Positions 18,125 to 26,175 of a stretch of DNA of 64,000 bases are shown one piece after another. The notes under the pieces are model-generated. The model did not search any database. It worked only from the letters and a program-made list of their open reading frames with translations, and was not told where the DNA came from. Positions within the stretch are counted from its first letter, which is position 1; each line of letters opens with the position of its first letter. This DNA is from Parcubacteria group bacterium (GTDB lineage: Bacteria; Patescibacteriota; Minisyncoccia; Moranbacterales; UBA11712). The DNA is taken from contig JBAZYY010000003.1 in NCBI GenBank assembly GCA_041659065.1, positions 20,696-84,695 on the forward strand. Reading direction: 5' to 3'. The position numbers and the translations under genes were made by a program.

Positions 18125-19228
18125 TCAAAAATCTTTATGCCTTATTTCGCTGAGCCCTTTTTTGGCTTTCTTGATGAATTTCCCAAATTGACGATCCTTT
18201 TCCTTTTTTTTAAGTCCGGTCATTTCAAAATATTCAGCTTCTTTTTTCAGACCAATATAGTTTGAATATTTATCTTCATCTAATTTGCCTGATCTTAACG
18301 CGGCCAGCACCGCGCAGCCTGGTTCGTGGACGTGCGCGCAATCGACATATTTGCAATCTCTCCCGATGGCTGTTATTTCATCAAATGTGTCGTTTATGCC
18401 GGCGTTCGCATCTGTCATTCCCACTTCCCGCACCCCGGGATTGTCGATTACGATGCCGCCCTGAGCCAAAAAATACATTTCTCTGGCAGTAGTTATATGT
18501 TTTCCTCTGCCGGAACGCGAACCAATGTCGCCGGTTTTTATTTCGCTTCCTCCAGTCAGCTTGTTTATTAAGGAAGATTTTCCAACCCCGGATGATCCCA
18601 AAAAGCAATAAGTTTCCCCTTTGGCTATATATTTTTTCAATTCATCCAATCCTTTGTCTGTCAAAGTGCTGGTCGGAATGACATCAATATTTTTGAACCT
18701 GTCTTTCATCTGGACCAGCTTTGAATCCAATTCTTCCCTTGAGATTAAATCTATTTTATTAAGTATCAGAGAGGGCTTTATCCCGCCATCACTTGCTAGG
18801 GCGAAATATCTTTCCACGCGGTTCAGGTTATAGTCCCTGTCGACAGATTCGATGATGAACGCCACGTCAATATTTGTTGCGATGATTTGGGCTTCATCTT
18901 TTTCGCCAGCTTTATTTTTATCGCCGCGTCTTCTTTTGATTATCGTCTTTCTGGGTAAGATGCTGCGAATTACCGCCTGCTGTCCATCAGCCTCTAAAAT
19001 TGTCACCCAATCGCCGACAGCCGGATAATCTTCCCGCGATGTCGCGCTGAACATTTGCTTTCCGGTTATTTTTGCCAGATACTCGCCAGCGGCATTTTTT
19101 ACTTTGTAAGCACCTCTCATCTCGGCAATCACCCGGGCAATTTGAAAAGTATCCAGTCCGAGTTTTGCTCGACTGGTTTCAAAAAAGGCATTCCAGCCTA
19201 GATCTTCAATTGATAATCCTTTTTCCAT
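18125..19228 (-). CDS. rsgA: ribosome small-subunit-dependent GTPase A (RsgA/YjeQ/EngC)
   Basis: Circularly permuted GTPase order (NKIDL ... then GSSGVGKSSLIN) plus a C-terminal zinc motif CKYVDCAHVHEPGCAV. Confidence 0.85.
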   Translation of the reverse strand: MEKGLSIEDLGWNAFFETSRAKLGLDTFQIARVIAEMRGAYKVKNAAGEYLAKITGKQMFSATSREDYPAVGDWVTILEADGQQAVIRSILPRKTIIKRRRGDKNKAGEKDEAQIIATNIDVAFIIESVDRDYNLNRVERYFALASDGGIKPSLILNKIDLISREELDSKLVQMKDRFKNIDVIPTSTLTDKGLDELKKYIAKGETYCFLGSSGVGKSSLINKLTGGSEIKTGDIGSRSGRGKHITTAREMYFLAQGGIVIDNPGVREVGMTDANAGINDTFDEITAIGRDCKYVDCAHVHEPGCAVLAALRSGKLDEDKYSNYIGLKKEAEYFEMTGLKKKEKDRQFGKFIKKAKKGLSEIRHKDF

Positions 19229-19245
19229 TTTTTTAAATTTTTGAC

Positions 19246-19320
19246 AGAAGCCTCTGTAGAAGCTTCTATCTCTCCCTTAATCCTATCACTCCTGTTTTTT
19301 CAGGCAAGGCCGAGATGAGA
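19246..19320 (+). repeat. twin-palindrome intergenic repeat, copy 7
   Basis: cAGAAGCCTCTGTAGAAGCTTCTAtctctcccttAATCCTATCACTCCTGttttttCAGGCAAGGCCGAGATGAGA. Confidence 0.7.
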
Positions 19321-19328
19321 AACAGAAA

Positions 19329-19358
19329 ACCCGCCAAAGCATATTTTCTGCTGGCGGG
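19329..19358 (-). terminator. rho-independent terminator
   Basis: cccgcca-loop-tggcggg hairpin followed by a T-run on the minus strand, directly after the stop of 19361..19903. Confidence 0.6.
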
Positions 19359-19360
19359 TT

Positions 19361-19903
19361 TCAGAACTCGATTGTCAGCCGGCTTCTATCAACCGGCTCA
19401 TTTTTTTCAAGGTCCACTAAGGCTTCAAATAGGTCTTTGCCAACGAGCCGGCCGCTGCGATCGTGCCAACGCAGCTTGTCTCTCTGATAAAAGTATCCTT
19501 TCTTTTTGAGGAGAGTTTTGAGCGTAGCTTTGTTCAGCTCTCGAAAAGGAATTTCATTTCCCGTCCCGACCCAAACGGCCAGGCGCATTCTTCTTTTGAG
19601 CAAATTCGAAAGCTCGAGAGATTTCCTTTTCTTGCCTCTCTCGGGTAGGTATTTTTCATACCCCGGTCGAAGCTTGGCCAGCAGGCGCAAGGATTTTTCA
19701 TAAGTTGCGTCCTCTTCATCATCCACTATTTTCTTTCTCCTCTCAAGAGGGCTGATCTCCTTTTCTTCCTCACCCAGGCCCTCAGCGCTGTTCATTAGCT
19801 TGTAAACTGCCTTGTGCAAAGCTTTTATGAAAGCAATTGTGAACCTATCTTTGATTTTTCCGTCATGAACCATGAGGCTCAATAAGCTCTTTATTTTTTC
19901 CAT
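19361..19903 (-). CDS. hypothetical protein (180 aa)
   Basis: ORF only; charged helical composition. Confidence 0.45.
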   Translation of the reverse strand: MEKIKSLLSLMVHDGKIKDRFTIAFIKALHKAVYKLMNSAEGLGEEEKEISPLERRKKIVDDEEDATYEKSLRLLAKLRPGYEKYLPERGKKRKSLELSNLLKRRMRLAVWVGTGNEIPFRELNKATLKTLLKKKGYFYQRDKLRWHDRSGRLVGKDLFEALVDLEKNEPVDRSRLTIEF

Positions 19904-19968
19904 CGCCCCCTCCTTGAATTAATTGCGATACCAAAAAATAGCATTCTTATTGCTATTTGTAAAGATGT

Positions 19969-19980
19969 TCCCGGGACAGG
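19969..19980 (+). repeat. left direct repeat (attL-like): copy of tRNA 3' end TCCCGGGACAGG
   Basis: An exact 12-mer, 17/20 over the extended alignment, identical to the 3' acceptor/T-stem segment of the tRNA gene at 41622..41634. The tandem motif atcctacgc x2 follows. Confidence 0.55.
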
Positions 19981-19998
19981 TATCCTACGCTTAGCATC

Positions 19999-20313
19999 CT
20001 ACGCCAGGGGCTTCGGAGCGCCATGCTTCGGACTACTCTTGCGTCCGAGTAAAAAATCCTTAGCCAAGGCTACTGATAATAAACGCTTATATGCAAATGC
20101 TTTTCCTGAACCAGATTTCAAATATTGCTCAAAATCTCTAGCTTGTTTTTCAGTCTCAAAAGCGGAGTACCAAACCAATCTCCAAGGCAAATGAGGTTTT
20201 GTCGATTTCACATTGCCGGAATTGTGTAATTTTATTCTCTCTTTAAGATTATTTGTTGAACCAAAATAAAATATATGAGATTTTGAGCTAAGTAAAATAT
20301 ATGTATAGTGCAT
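19999..20313 (-). CDS. GIY-YIG nuclease superfamily protein (YhbQ-like)
   Basis: YTYILLSSKSHIFYFGSTNNLKERIKLHN is a GIY-YIG core. The start was set at MHYTYILL; the ORF track extends it to 20358. Confidence 0.7.
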   Translation of the reverse strand: MHYTYILLSSKSHIFYFGSTNNLKERIKLHNSGNVKSTKPHLPWRLVWYSAFETEKQARDFEQYLKSGSGKAFAYKRLLSVALAKDFLLGRKSSPKHGAPKPLA

Positions 20314-20527
20314 AACAAAAACCAAGGCTAATAATAGAATAGTATACCATAGTGGCATGCCATTCCGTAGCCTTGGCGAAGGATGGCTCCCTGAGCCGGT
20401 CTAGAACCGGGGATTATTGACGTTTTCAAGGAGCTTTCGGGGGTTTACGATTTTTGGAAATTTGAAGAGGATCGGTCGCAATTCGAAAAGCAAAATGAGA
20501 CAAATGAGACACGAGACAGCACTTGTC

Positions 20528-21634
20528 TCATTTTGAAGAATGGGACATCTCCCTGTCTCTTTTTTTGAGATCACTTTCAATAAGCTTTCTTAAATTTTCT
20601 TCGCCTTCTACTCCCCTGAGGCGTCCCGTAAGAAATCCCAGGCGATATCTGGCTCCATCGCTCATCAGACGCCAATTCGTGCCTTCTAGAGCTTTCTTGA
20701 AGATTTTTTGAAGCTCGTGGACACTGTCCCATTCGGATCGGCCGGATTTGGAATCTTGCAGGCCAAAGCCCAAAATAACATCTTTTTGAAGTTCAGGTTT
20801 TTCAAATTCTAGTTTAGCGTAACCTGCTTTCTTAAGAATCGGATCAAGGAGTTTTTGAAGCTCTGAAATGGTAAGATTTTTTATATTATCAACGGCTTCA
20901 TAGAGTTCTTTGTTTTCTTCTTTTTCTTTCCAGTCATCCATAAGTTTCCCCATGCTTTCAATCTGACTCATAATCTCGTATCCTTCCTGCTCCGGAAGGC
21001 AGTATTTCTTTCGATTGGCTTCAAAGTCGGGATCAATCTGTTCTTCTTTCTCTTCGGCCAAATCTAGTGTGTCAATTTCTATGTGGCCGCATTGTGGGCA
21101 GGAATATTTTGTAGTAATGATATTATCTTTTCTTCTGCTTTCTGATTGCGCTTCCGCTTTGCATTTTATGCAAATCGGCTTATGCTCCCATTCTTTTCCG
21201 TTTTCCCAATATGCTCGACGCTTACCGCATTTCTTGCACTCAAACATAAAAAGGACTTCCTCTTTTCCTTGATGATTGTTCATAAGATCGCGGGACGTGC
21301 AATTTTTCAAAAGTGAGCTGCAATTGAGGCATCGAACACCTTGAGGTTCCCGGGCATTGGCAATTTTTTCGTCCTTGGCTTGATCTCGCTTCATCCATTC
21401 CTGGATCACTTCCGATTTTTTTGAAGCGTAATCGGCCTTCATAATGTTGAGGACAAGCGGAACAGCCGCTTTTTTGAAGTATTCTTTTTTTATCTTTGCC
21501 AGCTTTTTTTCTTTGCCCTTAAGCTTGGAAATGTCTTTTGGATATTTCGTGTTATCCCAACGTTGGCATTTTTCAATAGTGAGTTTGTCGTAGAGCTCGC
21601 TGTAATAAGTGTGATCTTTGAGATATTGATACAT
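20528..21634 (-). CDS. multi-zinc-ribbon protein of unknown function (368 aa)
   Basis: Several CxxC pairs (CLNCSS...C, FECKKCGKR, CIKCKAE, CPQCGH). It lies 3 bp downstream of the 1220-aa gene, and a hairpin/T-run terminator overlaps its stop. Confidence 0.5.
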   Translation of the reverse strand: MYQYLKDHTYYSELYDKLTIEKCQRWDNTKYPKDISKLKGKEKKLAKIKKEYFKKAAVPLVLNIMKADYASKKSEVIQEWMKRDQAKDEKIANAREPQGVRCLNCSSLLKNCTSRDLMNNHQGKEEVLFMFECKKCGKRRAYWENGKEWEHKPICIKCKAEAQSESRRKDNIITTKYSCPQCGHIEIDTLDLAEEKEEQIDPDFEANRKKYCLPEQEGYEIMSQIESMGKLMDDWKEKEENKELYEAVDNIKNLTISELQKLLDPILKKAGYAKLEFEKPELQKDVILGFGLQDSKSGRSEWDSVHELQKIFKKALEGTNWRLMSDGARYRLGFLTGRLRGVEGEENLRKLIESDLKKRDREMSHSSK

Positions 21635-21637
21635 CTT

Positions 21638-24600
21638 TTATTTCTTATTCAATTCCCAGTATTTGCTAGGATTTCTATCAAAAAGGTTTTTTATAATTTT
21701 CTTGGCATCTTTGTCTGATTTAGATAATTCCTTTACTGCGGATACTATTGCATCTGATTCGTGTAAATCTATTTCGTTGGGAAAAGAAAAAAATATATTT
21801 GCAACTTCCATAAATTTATCTTTTCCCATTTTTTCATTAATAAGCTCCAATATCCTTGAATGATATAATGTGGGATACCATCTCACTTCTGAAAGATTTC
21901 CAGATTTTTTTGTTTCTTCATAGAAAGCGGCTTCATTTTTCAAACATTTAAGAAGCAAGTCGTACCAAGCATCCAGATGTTTATTGGCTTTTTCTTGAAG
22001 TTTTTTTTCTATAGTTTGGTAAACAAGATTATATATATTGTGGGCATACTTATCAGTCATAAAATTGAAATATTCGAGAGCGAGACTTTCATATTCATCA
22101 ATCTTGTTCTCTTTGACTGCAATCTCTCGCATTAGGTGTTCGACAGAGGCAGCAAACTTGAAGCAACTATCGGGATCTTGTTTTTGCATATCCTTTATTA
22201 TTTCTTTTGTTGCTTTTTTGAATTTCTTGTCATTAAATTTATCTGGCCCAAGATCATCATAAAGTACTGGCGAACTAAATCTCCATTTTTTGTAGGCATC
22301 TTTTCTAAATTCAGCAAGATATATAAATAAGGATGCCGCTTCATCAATCGCTTCTATCGGAAGTCTTCTTAAATTGGTAACTAATTTCCATGAATCAGCC
22401 TCATTTAGCGATCTTATTGGGTCAAAAGCATGTAATATACTTTTTGTCATTGCTTTTTGAACATTAACTGGCCATGAAGCAAGCCTGTCCAATAGATCAA
22501 ATGCTATTCTTTCCACTTTCTTTGACATTTTTAATGCTTTCTTTTTATCATCATTAAAGAAAAGGGTATTTCTATCCGAGGGCAAGACAGTCAGCCTGTT
22601 TCTTGCGAGCTGTCCTAGAGCAAAACAAGCCATGTGCGTAACATAGTAATTTTCATCTACAGTAAGTTTTTTCGTCAGATTTATTATTTCGTTAAGTTGC
22701 TTCCGTCCTTCGAGAATTGGGCATTTCATTAATGTCCATCCGCACCATCCTCTAACTGAGGTTATTGTGCTCGGCTCTTCTCCTTGCTCGATTTTTTTAT
22801 GCTCATTATATTTATCTTCTTTATCATTGGGATCTTTACCTGAAAGATATGGATCGGGATCATCAATAAAAACTTTAATAATTCTTATTGCCTTATCTAT
22901 TTGTTTGTGGGCAGCCAGCCTCACTGCAAATTGGACAAATGCATAACGACAACTATCATCAGAAAATCTCTGGTAAATTTTTTTGATATCATCTCCAGTG
23001 GATTTCAGATATGGATCTATAATATCCTTATAAATTTTATTCAAAAATGTTGGGTCGGTAGCTTGATCATTTCCTCTATTATTAAATAGGCTATAAGCAA
23101 AGATTATTTGCTGACTTTTATTTAGTTTTTTCTCTCCTTCTAAATCCCTAAGTATTTTTAGTCCCTTAGTGTAATCTTTATTTAAAATGTCGTGAAGCAG
23201 CCCCGCTACATCATAAGCGCCAAATGTATCTCCTTTTTCTGATTGGACATATTCACTTTTCAAAAAGGATTTAAATAATTCAACAGAAAAATCAATATCG
23301 ACATCCAAAAAAGCTTTGATACTTGAGACGGAGTCAATTTCAAGTAAGCGATGCTTGTAATAGTCCGGGCTAGCAAACCATTTTTTTAGCTCAGCTTTTG
23401 CTTTTGTATGACTATTTTTTGCAAGATTAGTTACGATCTGTTCCACAAAGGGATTTACAGGCACTCCATATTTTTTTGTTGTTAACTCAGCTAGTCTCCA
23501 TTTTTTGTCATCAATTAAATCGCTACCGATAACTGCTTGATAAATCAAATCAGATTTGTGCGGAATACCTCTTCTGGAAAGAATGAGTTCTCTTAAAATT
23601 TCAAACGCTTCTCCAGACGTTTTCTTATCAGCACTGGCATATCTTTTTAATACAATATGATAAACAGAGCGATTAAGAAAATCTGGCCTTCGTTTCGAAA
23701 CTGGTTTTGTAATTACTTTATTTTTTGTTTTTTTATCGGTCTTGCTTAAACATCTTTCTTTGATAAAATTCCAACAGTCCTTTTCATTTTTTGCATAATA
23801 TTTATCAATGGCACAAGTAAATACATTGACAAAGTGACGATCATATACATGATGCGAACCACTGAAAGATATTCCTCCGCCAGAATGTTCCCAGCCATCA
23901 AAGCTTATATTTTTGCTATATGTTTTATAGAACTTATCATACTGATTAACAACTTCCTTAACTAACCTTTCAAAACGATCAAGAAAATATTTCGTCTTGG
24001 CTCCTTTATTAATCCAATCAATAAGAATGTCAAAAACCTCCTTAGGAGAGTAATGGCTGAATTGGCTGTCGTCTTCAACAATATTAAAAACATTTATAAT
24101 CAAACGAATAGTTTTTTCTTCTATATTGGAGCCCCCAATATTATAAATTCTGTGTAATGACTTGCAGATCTCTTCTTTTTCCCATTTTCCATGATCATAG
24201 TCATTGTCTTTGATATAGAAAAATTGCTGACCATCAAACGTCAATAAATCCTTTACAATAATAAATGCATCATCAAGATACCTTTTCCCATTTTTACTAT
24301 CAATAATTTTTGTAAGTATTTTAATAACATCAACATCAAAGAAATCTGAGCGATAAAAACCTCGAATTGTTTTAGTATATTTTTTTATGTACCCAAGTAC
24401 ATATTTTATATTTTTTTCCGTTTGCAGATTATTTTCAAAAACGTCAAAAATACCAAATGTAAAATGATATACCTTATTCAACTGCCATAACTTATCCCAC
24501 TTTTTTAGATCAAGGTCGGTTCGTGTTTTGAGTCTGTCGATGGCAAACGACATTAAATCCCAACGAATAGAGAAAGCGGATATCGAACGGCTACCTAATG

Positions 24601-25300
24601 TAATTTTTCCGTTTCCATTAATAATTTTTTCTAATGCCACAAATTGCTTCTCTCTCTTTATTTTCAGATTAAAATAATCACTACTTGTTTGGATTTCTTT
24701 TTTAAATTTTTCTATTTCTTCAACAATATTCGTTCTATTATATGTCGCTCCACTTGCTGATCCTTTATAAATTTTTTGAATTAAAATATTGTCAACAAAT
24801 CTTTCAATATCCTCCGGTGGAAGCCAAAAATTGATTAGTTCTGCAAATAGAGAATAAATTACATCCTCGTTAAAAGATGCTGGAACTACCCAAAACTGAA
24901 CTTTTGGCAGGAGAGATAATAATTGAGATGAGTAACCCTTTTTAGCAAATTTATTTTGAAGTTGTTCAAAATACTTAACATTGTGAACATTGGAAATTAA
25001 GTCAGTATTCGCTTTACTACATATAATAAGTATTTCATCTTTATCACCTAATGATCCCTTTTTCACAATATTTTCCAACACCTCTTTAAGATGTGGGTAG
25101 CTGAATTTTTCTTTTCTGTCTTTTGATTCGCAAATAATCTTTTTGCCATCGTCAAAAACAAGATTAAAGTCCTCAAAGTTTGTTGCTTCAAGCTGAATAG
25201 ATAAAAATTTTGGATCACGCAGATGCTGAAAAAACAAAGACATTGCAGCCCATGCCTGTGCATTTATTCCTTTATAATTGTATTGTCCTGCTTTACTCAT
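21638..25300 (-). CDS. 1220-aa protein with N-terminal PD-(D/E)xK-like nuclease motif and large alpha-helical body
   Basis: Uninterrupted 3.66-kb ORF. The N-terminus has FEDFNLVFDDG...ICESKDRK (D...ExK arrangement). No Walker A motif is found. It overlaps the upstream AlbA_2 gene by 4 bp. Confidence 0.55.
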   Translation of the reverse strand: MSKAGQYNYKGINAQAWAAMSLFFQHLRDPKFLSIQLEATNFEDFNLVFDDGKKIICESKDRKEKFSYPHLKEVLENIVKKGSLGDKDEILIICSKANTDLISNVHNVKYFEQLQNKFAKKGYSSQLLSLLPKVQFWVVPASFNEDVIYSLFAELINFWLPPEDIERFVDNILIQKIYKGSASGATYNRTNIVEEIEKFKKEIQTSSDYFNLKIKREKQFVALEKIINGNGKITLGSRSISAFSIRWDLMSFAIDRLKTRTDLDLKKWDKLWQLNKVYHFTFGIFDVFENNLQTEKNIKYVLGYIKKYTKTIRGFYRSDFFDVDVIKILTKIIDSKNGKRYLDDAFIIVKDLLTFDGQQFFYIKDNDYDHGKWEKEEICKSLHRIYNIGGSNIEEKTIRLIINVFNIVEDDSQFSHYSPKEVFDILIDWINKGAKTKYFLDRFERLVKEVVNQYDKFYKTYSKNISFDGWEHSGGGISFSGSHHVYDRHFVNVFTCAIDKYYAKNEKDCWNFIKERCLSKTDKKTKNKVITKPVSKRRPDFLNRSVYHIVLKRYASADKKTSGEAFEILRELILSRRGIPHKSDLIYQAVIGSDLIDDKKWRLAELTTKKYGVPVNPFVEQIVTNLAKNSHTKAKAELKKWFASPDYYKHRLLEIDSVSSIKAFLDVDIDFSVELFKSFLKSEYVQSEKGDTFGAYDVAGLLHDILNKDYTKGLKILRDLEGEKKLNKSQQIIFAYSLFNNRGNDQATDPTFLNKIYKDIIDPYLKSTGDDIKKIYQRFSDDSCRYAFVQFAVRLAAHKQIDKAIRIIKVFIDDPDPYLSGKDPNDKEDKYNEHKKIEQGEEPSTITSVRGWCGWTLMKCPILEGRKQLNEIINLTKKLTVDENYYVTHMACFALGQLARNRLTVLPSDRNTLFFNDDKKKALKMSKKVERIAFDLLDRLASWPVNVQKAMTKSILHAFDPIRSLNEADSWKLVTNLRRLPIEAIDEAASLFIYLAEFRKDAYKKWRFSSPVLYDDLGPDKFNDKKFKKATKEIIKDMQKQDPDSCFKFAASVEHLMREIAVKENKIDEYESLALEYFNFMTDKYAHNIYNLVYQTIEKKLQEKANKHLDAWYDLLLKCLKNEAAFYEETKKSGNLSEVRWYPTLYHSRILELINEKMGKDKFMEVANIFFSFPNEIDLHESDAIVSAVKELSKSDKDAKKIIKNLFDRNPSKYWELNKK

Positions 25301-26118
25301 GTTTGATGGGCTTGTTCATATTTAGTCAGAAAGTCTGTTATTTTGCTTGCCAATTGGTTGCAATCCTCAAGAACACTTGAATTATCAAGCACACCTAGAT
25401 TATCTCCATTAGTAATGCCAACCGCTTGTTTCTTTTTTATACCTTCATAAAGATTTGCAATTTCAGTAAGTGAGCAGGAAAGGGCCATAAATTCTGGATT
25501 TCTACCCAAACTGCGATCTTCCAAATATCCTTTCAGGGATTTTAAATATAAGACATCTATATGGTCTGGATTAAACCTAGCATTATTTATTTTAGTGAGA
25601 TCTCGCTGAAGATCGCCAATGTTTTTGGGATCGAATTTATTTATTAAAAACTTTTCTCTAATTTCGTTTCCGTCATGAATTGGAATATTTTCTCCATTAC
25701 CTCTCTTGTATATTTTATGTTCTGTAATATGCGGCCTCACAAAATATGGTGAAGGAAATATATAGACACAATACACAAATAGCATTCTTTTCCTTGGAAT
25801 TTTAAAAGTTTTTATATCCCACCCATTGTCAGATATGGCTGGTAGAATATTAGCATTAATAATACGACTTATTTTTGTCCTTAAGTCAGTCACCTTACCA
25901 ACGCCAATAATATTTTTCGAATCGTCAACTCCAAAAATAATTATGCCTCCATTAGTATTGGCATAAGCGCAGAAAGTATTTCTTATTCTTTGATTTTCTA
26001 AGTTAATTATTTTTTTCCATTCATGCCACCAACATTCTTGACTATCTAGATCCCTTAACCAAGATTGAAAATCATCGAATTCCCAAGTTGTTATTTTTTT
26101 CCAATCCATTTTATTCAA
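25297..26118 (-). CDS. AlbA_2 (Schlafen-like / divergent AAA-4) domain protein
   Basis: FCAYANTNGGIIIFGVDDSKNIIGVGKV matches the AlbA_2 putative DNA-binding domain core. It starts 57 bp after the hsdR stop on the same strand. Confidence 0.6.
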   Translation of the reverse strand: MNKMDWKKITTWEFDDFQSWLRDLDSQECWWHEWKKIINLENQRIRNTFCAYANTNGGIIIFGVDDSKNIIGVGKVTDLRTKISRIINANILPAISDNGWDIKTFKIPRKRMLFVYCVYIFPSPYFVRPHITEHKIYKRGNGENIPIHDGNEIREKFLINKFDPKNIGDLQRDLTKINNARFNPDHIDVLYLKSLKGYLEDRSLGRNPEFMALSCSLTEIANLYEGIKKKQAVGITNGDNLGVLDNSSVLEDCNQLASKITDFLTKYEQAHQT

Positions 26119-26175
26119 CCTTTATATACGACCGAAATTATTATATAAAAGTGAAAAAAGATTTATTGTATATTT

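Noticed and set aside
20400-20425. Near-palindrome CCGGTCTAGAACCGG and tRNA-like fragment downstream of GIY-YIG gene A
   Set aside because: The palindrome is imperfect and there is no adjacent tRNA-like arm structure. It is insufficient to call a second att site or an RNA gene.
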